Source: an uncultured Solirubrobacterales bacterium (GTDB lineage Bacteria > Actinomycetota > Thermoleophilia > Solirubrobacterales > Solirubrobacteraceae). Taken from it: 64,000 nt of DNA. The DNA is taken from contig CAVWTS010000011.1 in assembly GCA_963757995.1 (NCBI GenBank), forward strand, positions 1,243-65,242. Reading direction: 5' to 3'. Under the pieces are notes generated by a model. It was not told the DNA's origin, did not search any database, and saw only the letters and a program-made list of their open reading frames with translations. Of the stretch, positions 26,963 through 36,241 are shown piece after piece (the stretch's first letter is position 1; the number at the start of each line of letters is the position of its first letter). A program made the position numbers and the translations under genes.

Positions 26963-29164
26963 TTACCGTTCTGTCGCCTTGCGGTTCGTCTTCGAGGACC
27001 CTTTCGCCGCTTTCTTCGTGCCCAGCGCGAGGAACGTCGAGTCGGCTTCTGCCGAGAGTGCTTCAGCTGGAGCGGGCGGGCTGTAGTCGACCGTGATCGC
27101 GACCTTGAGCTTGCCGGCACTCTTGAGATCCTTCGCGTACTTGGACGCCAAGCGCAGAACGAGCGTGGCGGTACCCTCCGCGTGCGTCGCACCCGAGGCG
27201 CGTGCCAGTACTACCTTCTTCTTGCGCGTCTTCTTGCCGACCTTCGTCGCGATCATACCCTGCGCCTCTGCGCTTAGCGCGCCTGCACCGGGTGTCTCGA
27301 CGAGCAGGATCAGAGCACCGTCAGCGGCCCGCTTGACGCCGACACCGAGTTCGGGAGAGTTTGTGCCGATCAGCGAGAAACCTACCTGGGGAGCGTTGAC
27401 TTCCGCCGATGGCGCGGCCGTGCCGGTAGGCGCCTGCAGCGTCGCGGTGAACGCATCGGAAACCTGGTTCGCATCACCGAAGGTGAGATTCGGAGAGGAG
27501 GAGGCGAACGCAACGGTCGAACCATTCTGCGTAAGCGTGGGGTTGACTAGAGTGGAGCCTTCAGGTTCGCCGGCTTCGTAGCTGACCACTGCTCGTTCGA
27601 GCGCGTCTTCGGCGAGATGGACTACATACAGTTCGCTCGTCTTGGGGAACGAGCTGAAGCTGCCCACCAGTCGCGGTTCGGGCAGGACGAAATAGTCGCG
27701 CAGCGACGTGAAGGCGATCGTCGAGCCGTCAGGAGAAAGCGCGAGCGATTCGATCGAGGGAGTCGAGCCGACGTTGCCCGACCGGACCGCCAGCGTCAAC
27801 TCACGCGTGCCGGCCTTGCGTGTGACGCCGGGAGCCATGCTCGTGAGAAAGAGGTCGAGCCCGGAGGACTTCGTGATGTTCGGGCGTATTGCGGCGCCCG
27901 CCAGAAATGCAACCGTGTAGCCGTCTTCGCTCAGGCCAGGCGCCGTCAACGCAATGCTGGCAAGCTCCGACTCCGGCTCGCCCAACGGCCCGTAGCATGG
28001 CCCTTCGGCCGTTTGACTGAGTGTCACGCCTTCGCCCGCGTGGCATTCTGGGTCTTCGGGGTCGGCGATGCCGGTGATTCGTCGTGTCCTGGCTTCGGTT
28101 TCCTGCCAGCGTTGCCACAGGTAATAGGGCTCGCTGATGTTTTCCGACTCGCCCGGTAGGAAAGCGGTCTGCGTCGGGGCATTGGTCGAGACCCACGCGA
28201 CGGTCGAGCCATCACCGCTGATGGTTGCCGGACCGATCGCACCGCACGCCGGTTCTCCCCCCAGCTTGTTACCGCCCGCGCCACACTTCGACGCGGGTTC
28301 CTGTCCAGCCATCGTGCGACTGATCAAGGTGGTCGTCTTGCTCTGCAGGTCGCGGACGAAGAGCTGTTCGGGCGGTGTGTCGACCGATATGCTGTCCGGC
28401 AGGTTGGATTCGAGTTCGGTCGTACGGAACACGACGTAGCGCCCGCCGGCACTGATCGAAGTGTTGGGCCACACTTCGGCCCCTGGTTCGGCGCCGGGGA
28501 GCGCCGGAATGCGCGGAGCGTAGGCGGCCGGTTCTTCGCTCCCGCTCTTGGCCGATACGAGCGTATAGGCACCCGAGTCGGCACGATCGGGAGTGAGTGG
28601 TACGTCCATGTCGCGTACGTACACCTGGATCCGTCCAACAGGTGCCTGCGGAACCAGATGCTCGGCGCTTGAGAAAACGACATAGCGCCCATCTGCGCTG
28701 ACCGATGGGCTCCGTGCTCCCTGGAACACCTCCTTGCCCTTTTCCGGACCCTGGGTATCTACCTCGGTTCCGTCGGCGACCAGCTGAATTTCGCCGGTGG
28801 TACGGTCGTAACGGAAGATGCCGCCTTCGCGCAACGTGCCGGGTGGTTCTATGTCGGGTTCGACACCGTGCGGCCCCACCACGCCACCGTCGTTTTCAAA
28901 GAAGTTGGTCGATCTCGTCTGAAAGACGACGTAGCGCTCGTTCGCCGAGATGTCCGCGTCGCTCGTCGGTGCGTTCCCCTGTTCGTCAGAGGCGTTGTCC
29001 ACCGAGACGAGTTCCGCGCCGAGCCCGCCCGAGACAGGACCGTAAATTGCACGCGCCGGAGACGCAAGCAAGAACATGAGGCCACACGCCAGCGTCAATG
29101 TGGCATAGACAGAAGCCAGAGACCGTAGCGAGCGAGACTGCGTAGTCGCCGAGAACGCCCTCAT
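26963..29164 (-). CDS. Secreted TolB/PD40-like beta-propeller protein with Lys-rich C-terminal Ig-like domain
   Basis: Repeats ISANERYVVF, VSADGRYVVF, ISAGGRYVVF, ISGDGSTVAW, LSEDGYTVAF, LSPDGSTIAF, LTQNGSTVAF. Confidence 0.85.
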   Translation of the reverse strand: MRAFSATTQSRSLRSLASVYATLTLACGLMFLLASPARAIYGPVSGGLGAELVSVDNASDEQGNAPTSDADISANERYVVFQTRSTNFFENDGGVVGPHGVEPDIEPPGTLREGGIFRYDRTTGEIQLVADGTEVDTQGPEKGKEVFQGARSPSVSADGRYVVFSSAEHLVPQAPVGRIQVYVRDMDVPLTPDRADSGAYTLVSAKSGSEEPAAYAPRIPALPGAEPGAEVWPNTSISAGGRYVVFRTTELESNLPDSISVDTPPEQLFVRDLQSKTTTLISRTMAGQEPASKCGAGGNKLGGEPACGAIGPATISGDGSTVAWVSTNAPTQTAFLPGESENISEPYYLWQRWQETEARTRRITGIADPEDPECHAGEGVTLSQTAEGPCYGPLGEPESELASIALTAPGLSEDGYTVAFLAGAAIRPNITKSSGLDLFLTSMAPGVTRKAGTRELTLAVRSGNVGSTPSIESLALSPDGSTIAFTSLRDYFVLPEPRLVGSFSSFPKTSELYVVHLAEDALERAVVSYEAGEPEGSTLVNPTLTQNGSTVAFASSSPNLTFGDANQVSDAFTATLQAPTGTAAPSAEVNAPQVGFSLIGTNSPELGVGVKRAADGALILLVETPGAGALSAEAQGMIATKVGKKTRKKKVVLARASGATHAEGTATLVLRLASKYAKDLKSAGKLKVAITVDYSPPAPAEALSAEADSTFLALGTKKAAKGSSKTNRKATER

Positions 29165-31092
29165 GAGATTTTTACTCGCCTGCGAATAGTCGTCTTGTTG
29201 CCGGCCTTGTCAGAGGCAGAGACAACAATCGTGTAGGTCCCCGCACGCGGATATATGTGCTCGAGCGTAGTGGACCCGTGCGCCGATACACCGTCTCCGA
29301 AGCCCACCTTCACCGAGCTCTTCTTGACTCCGGGACTTTCCCCCTTCGGCCGGTCGGAGAGGCGCACAGTGACGCGCGCGCCGCGCGCTCTCATGCTCAC
29401 GCTCGGACCTGTGCGGGCCACCTTTAGAGTGGCAGGGGCACTGTCGACGACCTGGCCGAGCGCGTCGGTCGCCTCGATCTGGATCGAGTGCACACCGTTG
29501 CCGACCTGTTCGGAGTTCAGCAGGTATTCGTTACCGGTGACGCCTTCCACGGCTTCGCGGTCGTCTACCAAAATCGAGTAGGTGATCTTGCCGGCACCCG
29601 CCAGCGGCACTTCCCACTGCAACGGGATCCGCTTCGCTTTGACCCAGCCATTGGGCGTGTCGGCAACGAACGAGCCCGGGGGTGCTCGTACGACAACCGC
29701 GGCGATCTGCGCGTTCGCGCCGCTACCCTGCAGAAAGCCGAATATCGCGTCACCGCGATGCGAGCCGCCCATCGCGAGCTGCCCCACCGCGCCGCCATGG
29801 GGGGCGGCTACGATCGCGCGGTTGGGAGTGCCGTCGGCACGACGTTCGAGCACGGCGACCGCGCCTGCGCCGTGGATCTGCACCTTCCAGGCGGCCGCCA
29901 GCGCGCCGTCGTCGGCGCGGGTTAGCACCGGGTTGCCGGGTACTTCCGAGCCGGTGTCGAGCCTGATCGGTGTGCCGACCGTCGTCTCCGAGCCGTTGCC
30001 GTCGAAGCTCTGATCGCCTGCGCAGTAGCCGACGTCGAAGCCGCCTTCGGCGTCGACGGCCATGCTCAGCGGCCCAAGCGCTTCCGCGGGCCCTTCGCCA
30101 CCGGGGGGACCTTCGACAGGCTTGGCGGGACCGAAAGCAGCGCCCTTCGGCGAGAACGAGGAGGGAACCTCGCTGACGAACACGCGCGGGTGGCTAAAGC
30201 CCGAGCCTGACGACGGTTCCTGGCGCCATGCGATCGCGCCCTCACCGAAGCCGGCGAAGTCGAGTGAGAGCTCGGCGGCGGCACCGTTGAGCGGGTGCCC
30301 GTTATAGGTGCTCGGACTGACGTCGAGCAGGTTGCCCGGCACCAGCCCGAAGATACGCCGCGCATAGATACGGTTGATGAAATTGTCGTCGGGCTCCTGC
30401 CAGGCAAGCAGTCCTTCGCCACTGACATCGATCGCGACCTGGGGGGAGTTCAGCGCTGTCGGCTGGAGCACCGGCTGATTCACGTCGCGGTTGAGTGGTT
30501 CCCCGAAGGTCGACCAATACTGGCCGTTGTAGTGGGCCATGCGGATTTCGCCCTGCACGTAGCCAGGCGGGATGTTGGGCGTCGACGGGCCGCTGACGGC
30601 CGTGATCACGCGGTAGGAGACGTAGGCGTCGCCGGAGAGGTCCATCGCTACCGACGGATAGGTGCCGGTCGCCTGACCGATGTTCAGGTCCACCGGGACG
30701 GGAGGCTGAAAGCCGGCCGAGCCGGGATCCATCGTGGCCGAGAACAATCCGTCGGTTGTCGAGGAGTAGTGGTTGGCCCACACCACCACCAGCCGTCCGC
30801 CTTCACCGGCCGCGATCGCCGGGAAGGAGGATTCGAACTTCTCCCCCACGTCCACGCGCTGCGGCGCTTCCCATTTGTCTCCTACGTATTGCGAGGCGAA
30901 GATGTGGGCGCGGCCTTCCACGCGCTTGCGATAGACGATTCCCCCCGTGCCGTCGGCGGCCATCGCCGCGCCGCCCAGTTCGACGATTTCAGCGGATGGC
31001 CCGTCGATCGGCGCGACAGGCGAGATTTCGGCTTGGGCCGTGGCCGCGCACAGCAGCAGCACGGCTATCGAGACGCACGACGCACGAAGCAC
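29161..31092 (-). CDS. Secreted propeller + Ig + C-terminal PKD-domain protein
   Basis: Repeats PxxAxxxxGxxxxxW; C-terminal FGDG..HIYPRAGTYTI (PKD). GTG at 31092 gives a proper signal peptide (the ORF track starts at 31182). Confidence 0.8.
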   Translation of the reverse strand: MLRASCVSIAVLLLCAATAQAEISPVAPIDGPSAEIVELGGAAMAADGTGGIVYRKRVEGRAHIFASQYVGDKWEAPQRVDVGEKFESSFPAIAAGEGGRLVVVWANHYSSTTDGLFSATMDPGSAGFQPPVPVDLNIGQATGTYPSVAMDLSGDAYVSYRVITAVSGPSTPNIPPGYVQGEIRMAHYNGQYWSTFGEPLNRDVNQPVLQPTALNSPQVAIDVSGEGLLAWQEPDDNFINRIYARRIFGLVPGNLLDVSPSTYNGHPLNGAAAELSLDFAGFGEGAIAWRQEPSSGSGFSHPRVFVSEVPSSFSPKGAAFGPAKPVEGPPGGEGPAEALGPLSMAVDAEGGFDVGYCAGDQSFDGNGSETTVGTPIRLDTGSEVPGNPVLTRADDGALAAAWKVQIHGAGAVAVLERRADGTPNRAIVAAPHGGAVGQLAMGGSHRGDAIFGFLQGSGANAQIAAVVVRAPPGSFVADTPNGWVKAKRIPLQWEVPLAGAGKITYSILVDDREAVEGVTGNEYLLNSEQVGNGVHSIQIEATDALGQVVDSAPATLKVARTGPSVSMRARGARVTVRLSDRPKGESPGVKKSSVKVGFGDGVSAHGSTTLEHIYPRAGTYTIVVSASDKAGNKTTIRRRVKIS

Positions 31093-31120
31093 CGCGCAAG
31101 GCTGACTGTCCGGAAGGGCA

Positions 31121-31142
31121 GACTTGTGAACGAGCTGAGAAC
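31121..31142 (-). promoter_or_regulatory. PHO-box-like repeat GTTCTCAGCTC-GTTCACAAGTC facing the surface-protein operon
   Basis: GTGAAC at 31126 and GAGAAC at 31137. Confidence 0.55.
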
Positions 31143-31173
31143 TCGCGCGGTCGCACACACCGCTCCCAGCGAT

Positions 31174-31217
31174 GTTCACCAATTCTTCTCAACTTGAAAA
31201 CGTCCTGTTCACGTTGG
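31174..31217 (+). promoter_or_regulatory. PHO-box-like array upstream of pstS (operon 1)
   Basis: GTTCAC at 31174, CTTCTC at 31185 and GTTCAC at 31207 (multiples of 11). Confidence 0.55.
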
Positions 31218-31317
31218 GATGGAAGCGGCCCTTGACACTGCGCTGACGTCCCTCGGGCTCGGTATGTCCGCGGGCGTCCGCACTTGCCGCATCCACCCAG
31301 CAAAAGGAGTCCCCCAC

Positions 31318-32130
31318 GTGCGACGACCCACCCGCACCCTGACCGTATCGCTGATCGCCGTGCTCGCGCTGGCTGTTCCGGCTGTCGCTGGGGCGCGTGC
31401 CCTGCTGATCGACGGCTCGACCTCTGTCTTCCCGCTGATGACTCAGCTTGCCGCCGCTTACCACAAAGCGACCAAACAACCTACCCCGAAAATCAACCAG
31501 GGCACCTCCGACGTCGGCGTCTCCGACGTGGCCGCTGGGCGCGTCGACATCGGCGACGTGTCGCGCAACCCCGAAGAAGGCGACCCCAAAGGGCTCGTGT
31601 TCACGAAGATCGCGCGCGACGGCGTGTGCATGATCACCAATCCCAAGAACCCGATCGCGAACCTCAACCAGCAAACGGTGCAGGCGATCTTCACCGGCGA
31701 CGTGCGCGAATGGAGCGAAGTGCCCGGGGCCAAGATTTCAGGTCCGATCGACCTCGTCGACCGCATCGCCTCCTCCGGTACGCAGGCCGCCTTCCAGGAC
31801 ATCTTCCTTGGCGAATCGCTGAAGATCTCCCCCAGCGCCGAGGCCGAGGAAAGCAACGGCCTCGTGCAGAACAAGGTCAAAACCGACGAAGACGCGATCG
31901 GCTTTGTGTCGTTTGCCTTCACCAGCGGCGTCAACCCTGTCGGCTACCAGGGGATCCCCTGCACACTGCAGAACGCCAAGTCCGGCCAGTACCAGGGCGT
32001 TCGTAACTTCTGGATGGTGACCAAGGGCGCTCCCAAAGGACCCGCCAAGAAGTTCATCGAATGGATCGTCAGCTCGAAAAACGCTACGGCCCGCAAGATC
32101 ATCAACTCCGAGTGGATCGCGGTCCACTAA
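31318..32130 (+). CDS. pstS: Phosphate ABC transporter substrate-binding protein (short type)
   Basis: IDGSTSVFP, VDIGDVSR, IARDG, SSGT, AIGFVS; GTG after AAGGAG. Confidence 0.92.
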   Translation: MRRPTRTLTVSLIAVLALAVPAVAGARALLIDGSTSVFPLMTQLAAAYHKATKQPTPKINQGTSDVGVSDVAAGRVDIGDVSRNPEEGDPKGLVFTKIARDGVCMITNPKNPIANLNQQTVQAIFTGDVREWSEVPGAKISGPIDLVDRIASSGTQAAFQDIFLGESLKISPSAEAEESNGLVQNKVKTDEDAIGFVSFAFTSGVNPVGYQGIPCTLQNAKSGQYQGVRNFWMVTKGAPKGPAKKFIEWIVSSKNATARKIINSEWIAVH

Positions 32131-32173
32131 CACCCCTCGCCCGACCGGGTCGCCCTAAAGGCGGCCCGGCGGC

Positions 32174-32254
32174 GCGTTCGGGCATCTCCTCGGCGGCGGC
32201 ATGTTGAAAGGTCTTCTCAGTGGCCGCACGTTCGGGCATCTCCTTGGCGGCGGA
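32174..32254 (+). repeat. Three degenerate 27-bp units at the pstS/pstC junction
   Basis: CGTTCGGGCATCTCCTYGGCGGCGG at 32175 and 32229, with a diverged unit between them. Confidence 0.7.
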
Positions 32255-33220
32255 GCGGCCTCCGCCGAGCGACGCACCGAGCTTTTGTTGCGCACGCTCG
32301 CAGTCGGTGTGCTCGTGGTGATCGTCGGCATTGCGATCACCGTCTTCTCGAAAGCCTGGCCTTCGTTCTCACACAACGGGCTGGCGTGGTTCGGTAGCGG
32401 CGGCGACGTCGATACGCAGTTTGAGGCGATGATCAACGGGCCCCGCGATCCCGCCAACTACGTCTACCACTTCAAAGCCTGGCCGCTGATCTGGGCGACG
32501 ATCTTGACATCCGGACTGGCCGTGATCTTCGGCATGGTCATCTCGATCCTGGCGGCCGTGTTCGTCGTCGAGCTCGCCCCGGCTCGCATCAAGCGAGCGA
32601 TCGACCCGACGATCCGTCTGCTAGCAGGAGTGCCGTCAGTCGTCTACGGACTGATTGGGATCCTCGCGATCGCTCCCTGGGTGGAACACAACCTGATCTC
32701 CCAGCAGCGCAAGCGCTCGGTTGAGTATGTGGTGCAGTTGACAGGGGCCAATCTGAGTGTGGCCGTCTTGATCCTGACGGTCATGATCGTGCCGATCATG
32801 GTGGCGATCATCGCCGGGGCGCTTGAGTCCGTGCCGCGCTCGTGGACGGAGGGCTCGGCGGCGCTGGGGGTCAACCGCTGGCGCACGACCTGGCGCGTGT
32901 CGCTGCGCACCGTGCGCCCCGCGATCGTTGCGGCGGCCGTGCTCGCCACCGCGCGTGCTCTGGGCGAGGCGATCATGCTCGCAATGGTCGCCGGCTCTCG
33001 CGGCTTTTCGCCCAATCCTCTCGACGGGACGACCTTCTTCTTCGAGCCGGTGCGGCCACTGGCCGCGACGATCGTTCACTACGTCGAGGATCTCAACGTC
33101 GTGCCGGTCGAACATACGCTGTACGCGATGGCGGCCGTGCTGCTCGTGTCCTGTGCGCTGCTGTCGCTTGCCGGCTGGGCGGCGAAGCAGCCGATGAAGC
33201 GCTACGGGGTCAGGACGTGA
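32201..33220 (+). CDS. pstC: Phosphate ABC transporter permease PstC
   Basis: LLAGVPSVVYGLIG, EGSAALG, RALGEAI. Confidence 0.92.
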   Translation: MLKGLLSGRTFGHLLGGGAASAERRTELLLRTLAVGVLVVIVGIAITVFSKAWPSFSHNGLAWFGSGGDVDTQFEAMINGPRDPANYVYHFKAWPLIWATILTSGLAVIFGMVISILAAVFVVELAPARIKRAIDPTIRLLAGVPSVVYGLIGILAIAPWVEHNLISQQRKRSVEYVVQLTGANLSVAVLILTVMIVPIMVAIIAGALESVPRSWTEGSAALGVNRWRTTWRVSLRTVRPAIVAAAVLATARALGEAIMLAMVAGSRGFSPNPLDGTTFFFEPVRPLAATIVHYVEDLNVVPVEHTLYAMAAVLLVSCALLSLAGWAAKQPMKRYGVRT

Positions 33221-33347
33221 GCGTGACTTTGCCAGGAGACCAGGACGTGAGCATGGCTTTGCCAGGAGGCCAGGACGTGAGCATGGCTTTGCCAGGAGGC
33301 CAGGACGTGAGCATGGCTTTGCCAGGAGGCCAGGACGTGAGCGTGGC
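33211..33347 (+). repeat. 30-bp tandem repeat, about 4.5 copies
   Basis: CAGGACGTGAGCATGGCTTTGCCAGGAGGC at 33241, 33271 and 33301 (identical); variant at 33211; partial at 33331. Confidence 0.95.
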
Positions 33348-33400
33348 GTTCTTCCAAAACAGGCGATGCCTCGCGCGCGCGCGCGTGGCATAGGCGTTTT

Positions 33401-34465
33401 ATGGCAAGCGCATCCCCACCCCTCGCGCCGACGCCCGGCACGACCCGAGTCCTCACGCCTCCCGCCGGCTCGATCCGCGCCACCAAGCAGCGCGACTCGA
33501 TCCGCAGCTGGCCGCTGGCCGATCGCGTCGCCTACGTCCTCTGCTGGACCGTGGGGATTGGCCTGTGCGCGATGGCCGCCGCGATCGTGCTGTTCATGCT
33601 CGTGAAGGGGGTTTCCTACCTGCGCCCCAGCCTGCTAATCGAACACCCGAGCGCCTCGCAGGATCAGGCGACATCCGGGGGGTTTCTTGACCCGATCGAG
33701 GGCACGCTGATACTGACCGCGGTGGGCATGGCGATCGCCGCACCGCTCGGCGTCGGGTTGGCGGTCTGGATGAGTGAGTATCAGCGGCCCGCCTGGCTCG
33801 CACGGCTGGTCGAGTCCGGCGTGGAGATGATCGCAGGCGCACCGAGCGTGCTGCTGGCAATGTTTGGCCTTGCGCTGTTCGCGCGCCCAGCGCTTGCCTT
33901 CCTCTCGCAGACCTCAGCCGGCGGATCTGTCTTCGGGCGCTCCTTCCTCACCGCGGGCGCAATGATGTCGCTGCTGGCGCTGCCGCTCGTTGTCGCCTCC
34001 ACGCGCGAGGCGCTGCTGCAGGTACCGGCGCACGTGCGCGAGGCTTCCTATGCGCTCGGCAAGACTAAGGCGACAACGATCCGCAAAGTGCTGCTGCCCT
34101 CTGTGCGACCCAGCATCGCCAACGGCATCACACTCGGCGTCGGGCGCATCGTCGGCGACACCGCGATCGTCGTGATTCTGCTGGGCGCGACGATCCGTCT
34201 GGAAGGCGCCGGCGGCGCGCCGCTGCTCTCGACGCTGCGCGGCACCGGCGGCACGCTCACCAGCTACGTGCTGTTCAACTCGCCCGCCGGCGAAGGCAAC
34301 GCGCACGAAAAGGCCTATGCCGCCGCGTTCGTGCTGCTGCTGATGGTGCTGGCGCTGAATGTGATCGTGATGCGGCTCAACTCCAGTCGCGCCGGCACTG
34401 GCCAGAGCCTCGGCGCCTCTAGCCGCTGGCGCGTAATGACGGGAGCCCTGCCGTGGATCCGCTGA
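33401..34465 (+). CDS. pstA: Phosphate ABC transporter permease PstA
   Basis: REASYALG, GRIVGDTA, multi-TM. Confidence 0.92.
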   Translation: MASASPPLAPTPGTTRVLTPPAGSIRATKQRDSIRSWPLADRVAYVLCWTVGIGLCAMAAAIVLFMLVKGVSYLRPSLLIEHPSASQDQATSGGFLDPIEGTLILTAVGMAIAAPLGVGLAVWMSEYQRPAWLARLVESGVEMIAGAPSVLLAMFGLALFARPALAFLSQTSAGGSVFGRSFLTAGAMMSLLALPLVVASTREALLQVPAHVREASYALGKTKATTIRKVLLPSVRPSIANGITLGVGRIVGDTAIVVILLGATIRLEGAGGAPLLSTLRGTGGTLTSYVLFNSPAGEGNAHEKAYAAAFVLLLMVLALNVIVMRLNSSRAGTGQSLGASSRWRVMTGALPWIR

Positions 34466-34550
34466 TGTCAATGCCCGCATCGACCGATCCCGTGGCCACT
34501 CATGTAAAGCCGAGAAGCCCACGAGCGATGTCCGGCAATGACGAGACGAG

Positions 34551-35519
34551 GTGCCCATGGACCCGCTGATGCCACCGCCTGTGCGGCGGATCGTGCTCGA
34601 GCGCGAGCCGACCGTCGTCAGCCCGCCGTCCAACGGCTCGGGCACTACAACCGCCACGGTGGAGCGGCCCAACCACGCGTCCCTTGCGAGTGCCCCCCAT
34701 CGCGGGACGCACGCCAGTGAGCACGCGCCAGGCGTGGTGGGCATCCAGGAGCGCATGCGCATCGAAGGCGTGTGGCTTGCTTACGGCGAGAAGTGGGTGG
34801 TGCGCGACGTCAGCCTGCCCGTGCGCAAGGGCGAGGTGCTCGGGCTGATCGGCGCCTCTGGCTCCGGAAAGACAACGCTGCTGCGCTCGCTCAACCGTCT
34901 CACCGAGATCACCGCCGGCGCCGCGCGTGCCGGGCACGTCACGCTCGACGGGCAGGAGATCGGCGAGATCGAGGTCAACTCGCTCAGGCGGCGTGTGTCG
35001 ATGGTCTTCCAGCAGCCCAACCCCTTCCCGATGAGCATCTTTGAGAACGTCGCCTATGCGCTGCGCGAGGAGCACGGCGAGCGCGGTGCGCGCAGGCGCA
35101 AACGGCGCTCGCGCGACGATCTCATGCCGGCCGTGGTCGATGCTCTACGCCGTGCCGGGCTCTACGACGAGGTGGCGGGCAACCTCGACCACCCGGCGCT
35201 GCGCCTTTCCGGCGGCCAGCAGCAGCGGCTCTGTATCGCCCGCGCGCTTGCCGCCGGCCCGGAGGTGCTGCTGCTCGACGAGCCCTGCTCGGCACTCGAC
35301 CCGATCTCCACCGCGACGATCGAGCAGCTGATCGTCGGCCTGCGCGAGAGCGTGGCGATCGTGATCGTCACACACAACCTGCAGCAGGCGATGCGCGTGG
35401 CCGACCACGTTGCCTTTATGCACCTCGGCGAGCTGGTCGAGTACGGGCCCAGCTCACAGATCTTCGACAACCCCCGCGAAGCGCGCACGCGCGAGTACGT
35501 GAGCGGGGCATTCGGGTGA
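34551..35519 (+). CDS. pstB: Phosphate ABC transporter ATPase PstB (start uncertain)
   Basis: [56 protein letters not shown]. Confidence 0.93.
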   Translation: MPMDPLMPPPVRRIVLEREPTVVSPPSNGSGTTTATVERPNHASLASAPHRGTHASEHAPGVVGIQERMRIEGVWLAYGEKWVVRDVSLPVRKGEVLGLIGASGSGKTTLLRSLNRLTEITAGAARAGHVTLDGQEIGEIEVNSLRRRVSMVFQQPNPFPMSIFENVAYALREEHGERGARRRKRRSRDDLMPAVVDALRRAGLYDEVAGNLDHPALRLSGGQQQRLCIARALAAGPEVLLLDEPCSALDPISTATIEQLIVGLRESVAIVIVTHNLQQAMRVADHVAFMHLGELVEYGPSSQIFDNPREARTREYVSGAFG

Positions 35520-36241
35520 GATACGTGCTTGCGGGGCTTGGCGCCGTCGCCACGGCGCTACTGCTGTGCGGCTGTGAGAGCACACAGGAACGCAGCGCCG
35601 AACTACAACATCAGGCAAAACACGACGTGCTTGTGGCACAGAGCGCGGCCGTGACCAAGGAGAGCCCAAGCGTGAAGGTATTGCAGAGCACGGTGATCCA
35701 TTCGAGCTCTCAGAGCGCGGTCGTCGTGACGCTACGCAATACCTCCACGCACACGCTCGAGAACGCGCCGATCGAGGTGACGGTGCGCGACGCGCACGGG
35801 AGCGTGCTCTACCAGAACAATGCCTCGGGGCTCGAGCCATCGCTGAACACCGTCTCGCTGCTTCCCGCAGGCCAGGAAACGATCTGGGTCGACGATCAAG
35901 TAACTGCAAGCGGCATACCCGCAAGCGCGAGCGCGCTTGTCGGAGAGGGCACGCAGGCATCAGGAGACATTCCCCAACTGAGCATCTCGGGCACGCATCA
36001 GAACGCTGAAGCCGGCGCTGAGACGACCCTCTCCGGCAGCGTCACCAACCACTCGCAAACGGCTCAGCAGAACCTCGTCGTATACACCGTCGCACGCCGC
36101 GGGGTGAAGGTCGTGGCGGCGGGACGCGCGGTACTGCCGGAAGTACCGGCACAAGGCACGAACGTTCCTTTCCAAATCTATTTCGTCGGCGATCCCAGTG
36201 GGGCGCAAATTCAGACGAGCGCGCCGGCGAGCACCTTCTAG
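35516..36241 (+). CDS. Lipoprotein with two FxLYD-like Ig domains
   Basis: Lipobox LLCGC; two segments of pattern V.N.S...L....I.V...D..G; GTGA overlap with pstB. Confidence 0.7.
   Translation: MRYVLAGLGAVATALLLCGCESTQERSAELQHQAKHDVLVAQSAAVTKESPSVKVLQSTVIHSSSQSAVVVTLRNTSTHTLENAPIEVTVRDAHGSVLYQNNASGLEPSLNTVSLLPAGQETIWVDDQVTASGIPASASALVGEGTQASGDIPQLSISGTHQNAEAGAETTLSGSVTNHSQTAQQNLVVYTVARRGVKVVAAGRAVLPEVPAQGTNVPFQIYFVGDPSGAQIQTSAPASTF

Noticed and set aside
2955-31092. Known secretion system (T7SS, Tad/T4P, sortase pilus) or prophage
   Set aside because: No FtsK/EccC, WXG100, pilin, sortase, LPxTG or phage structural genes recognisable
33211-33347. 30-bp repeats as a CRISPR array
   Set aside because: Units are contiguous with no spacers, and there are no cas genes
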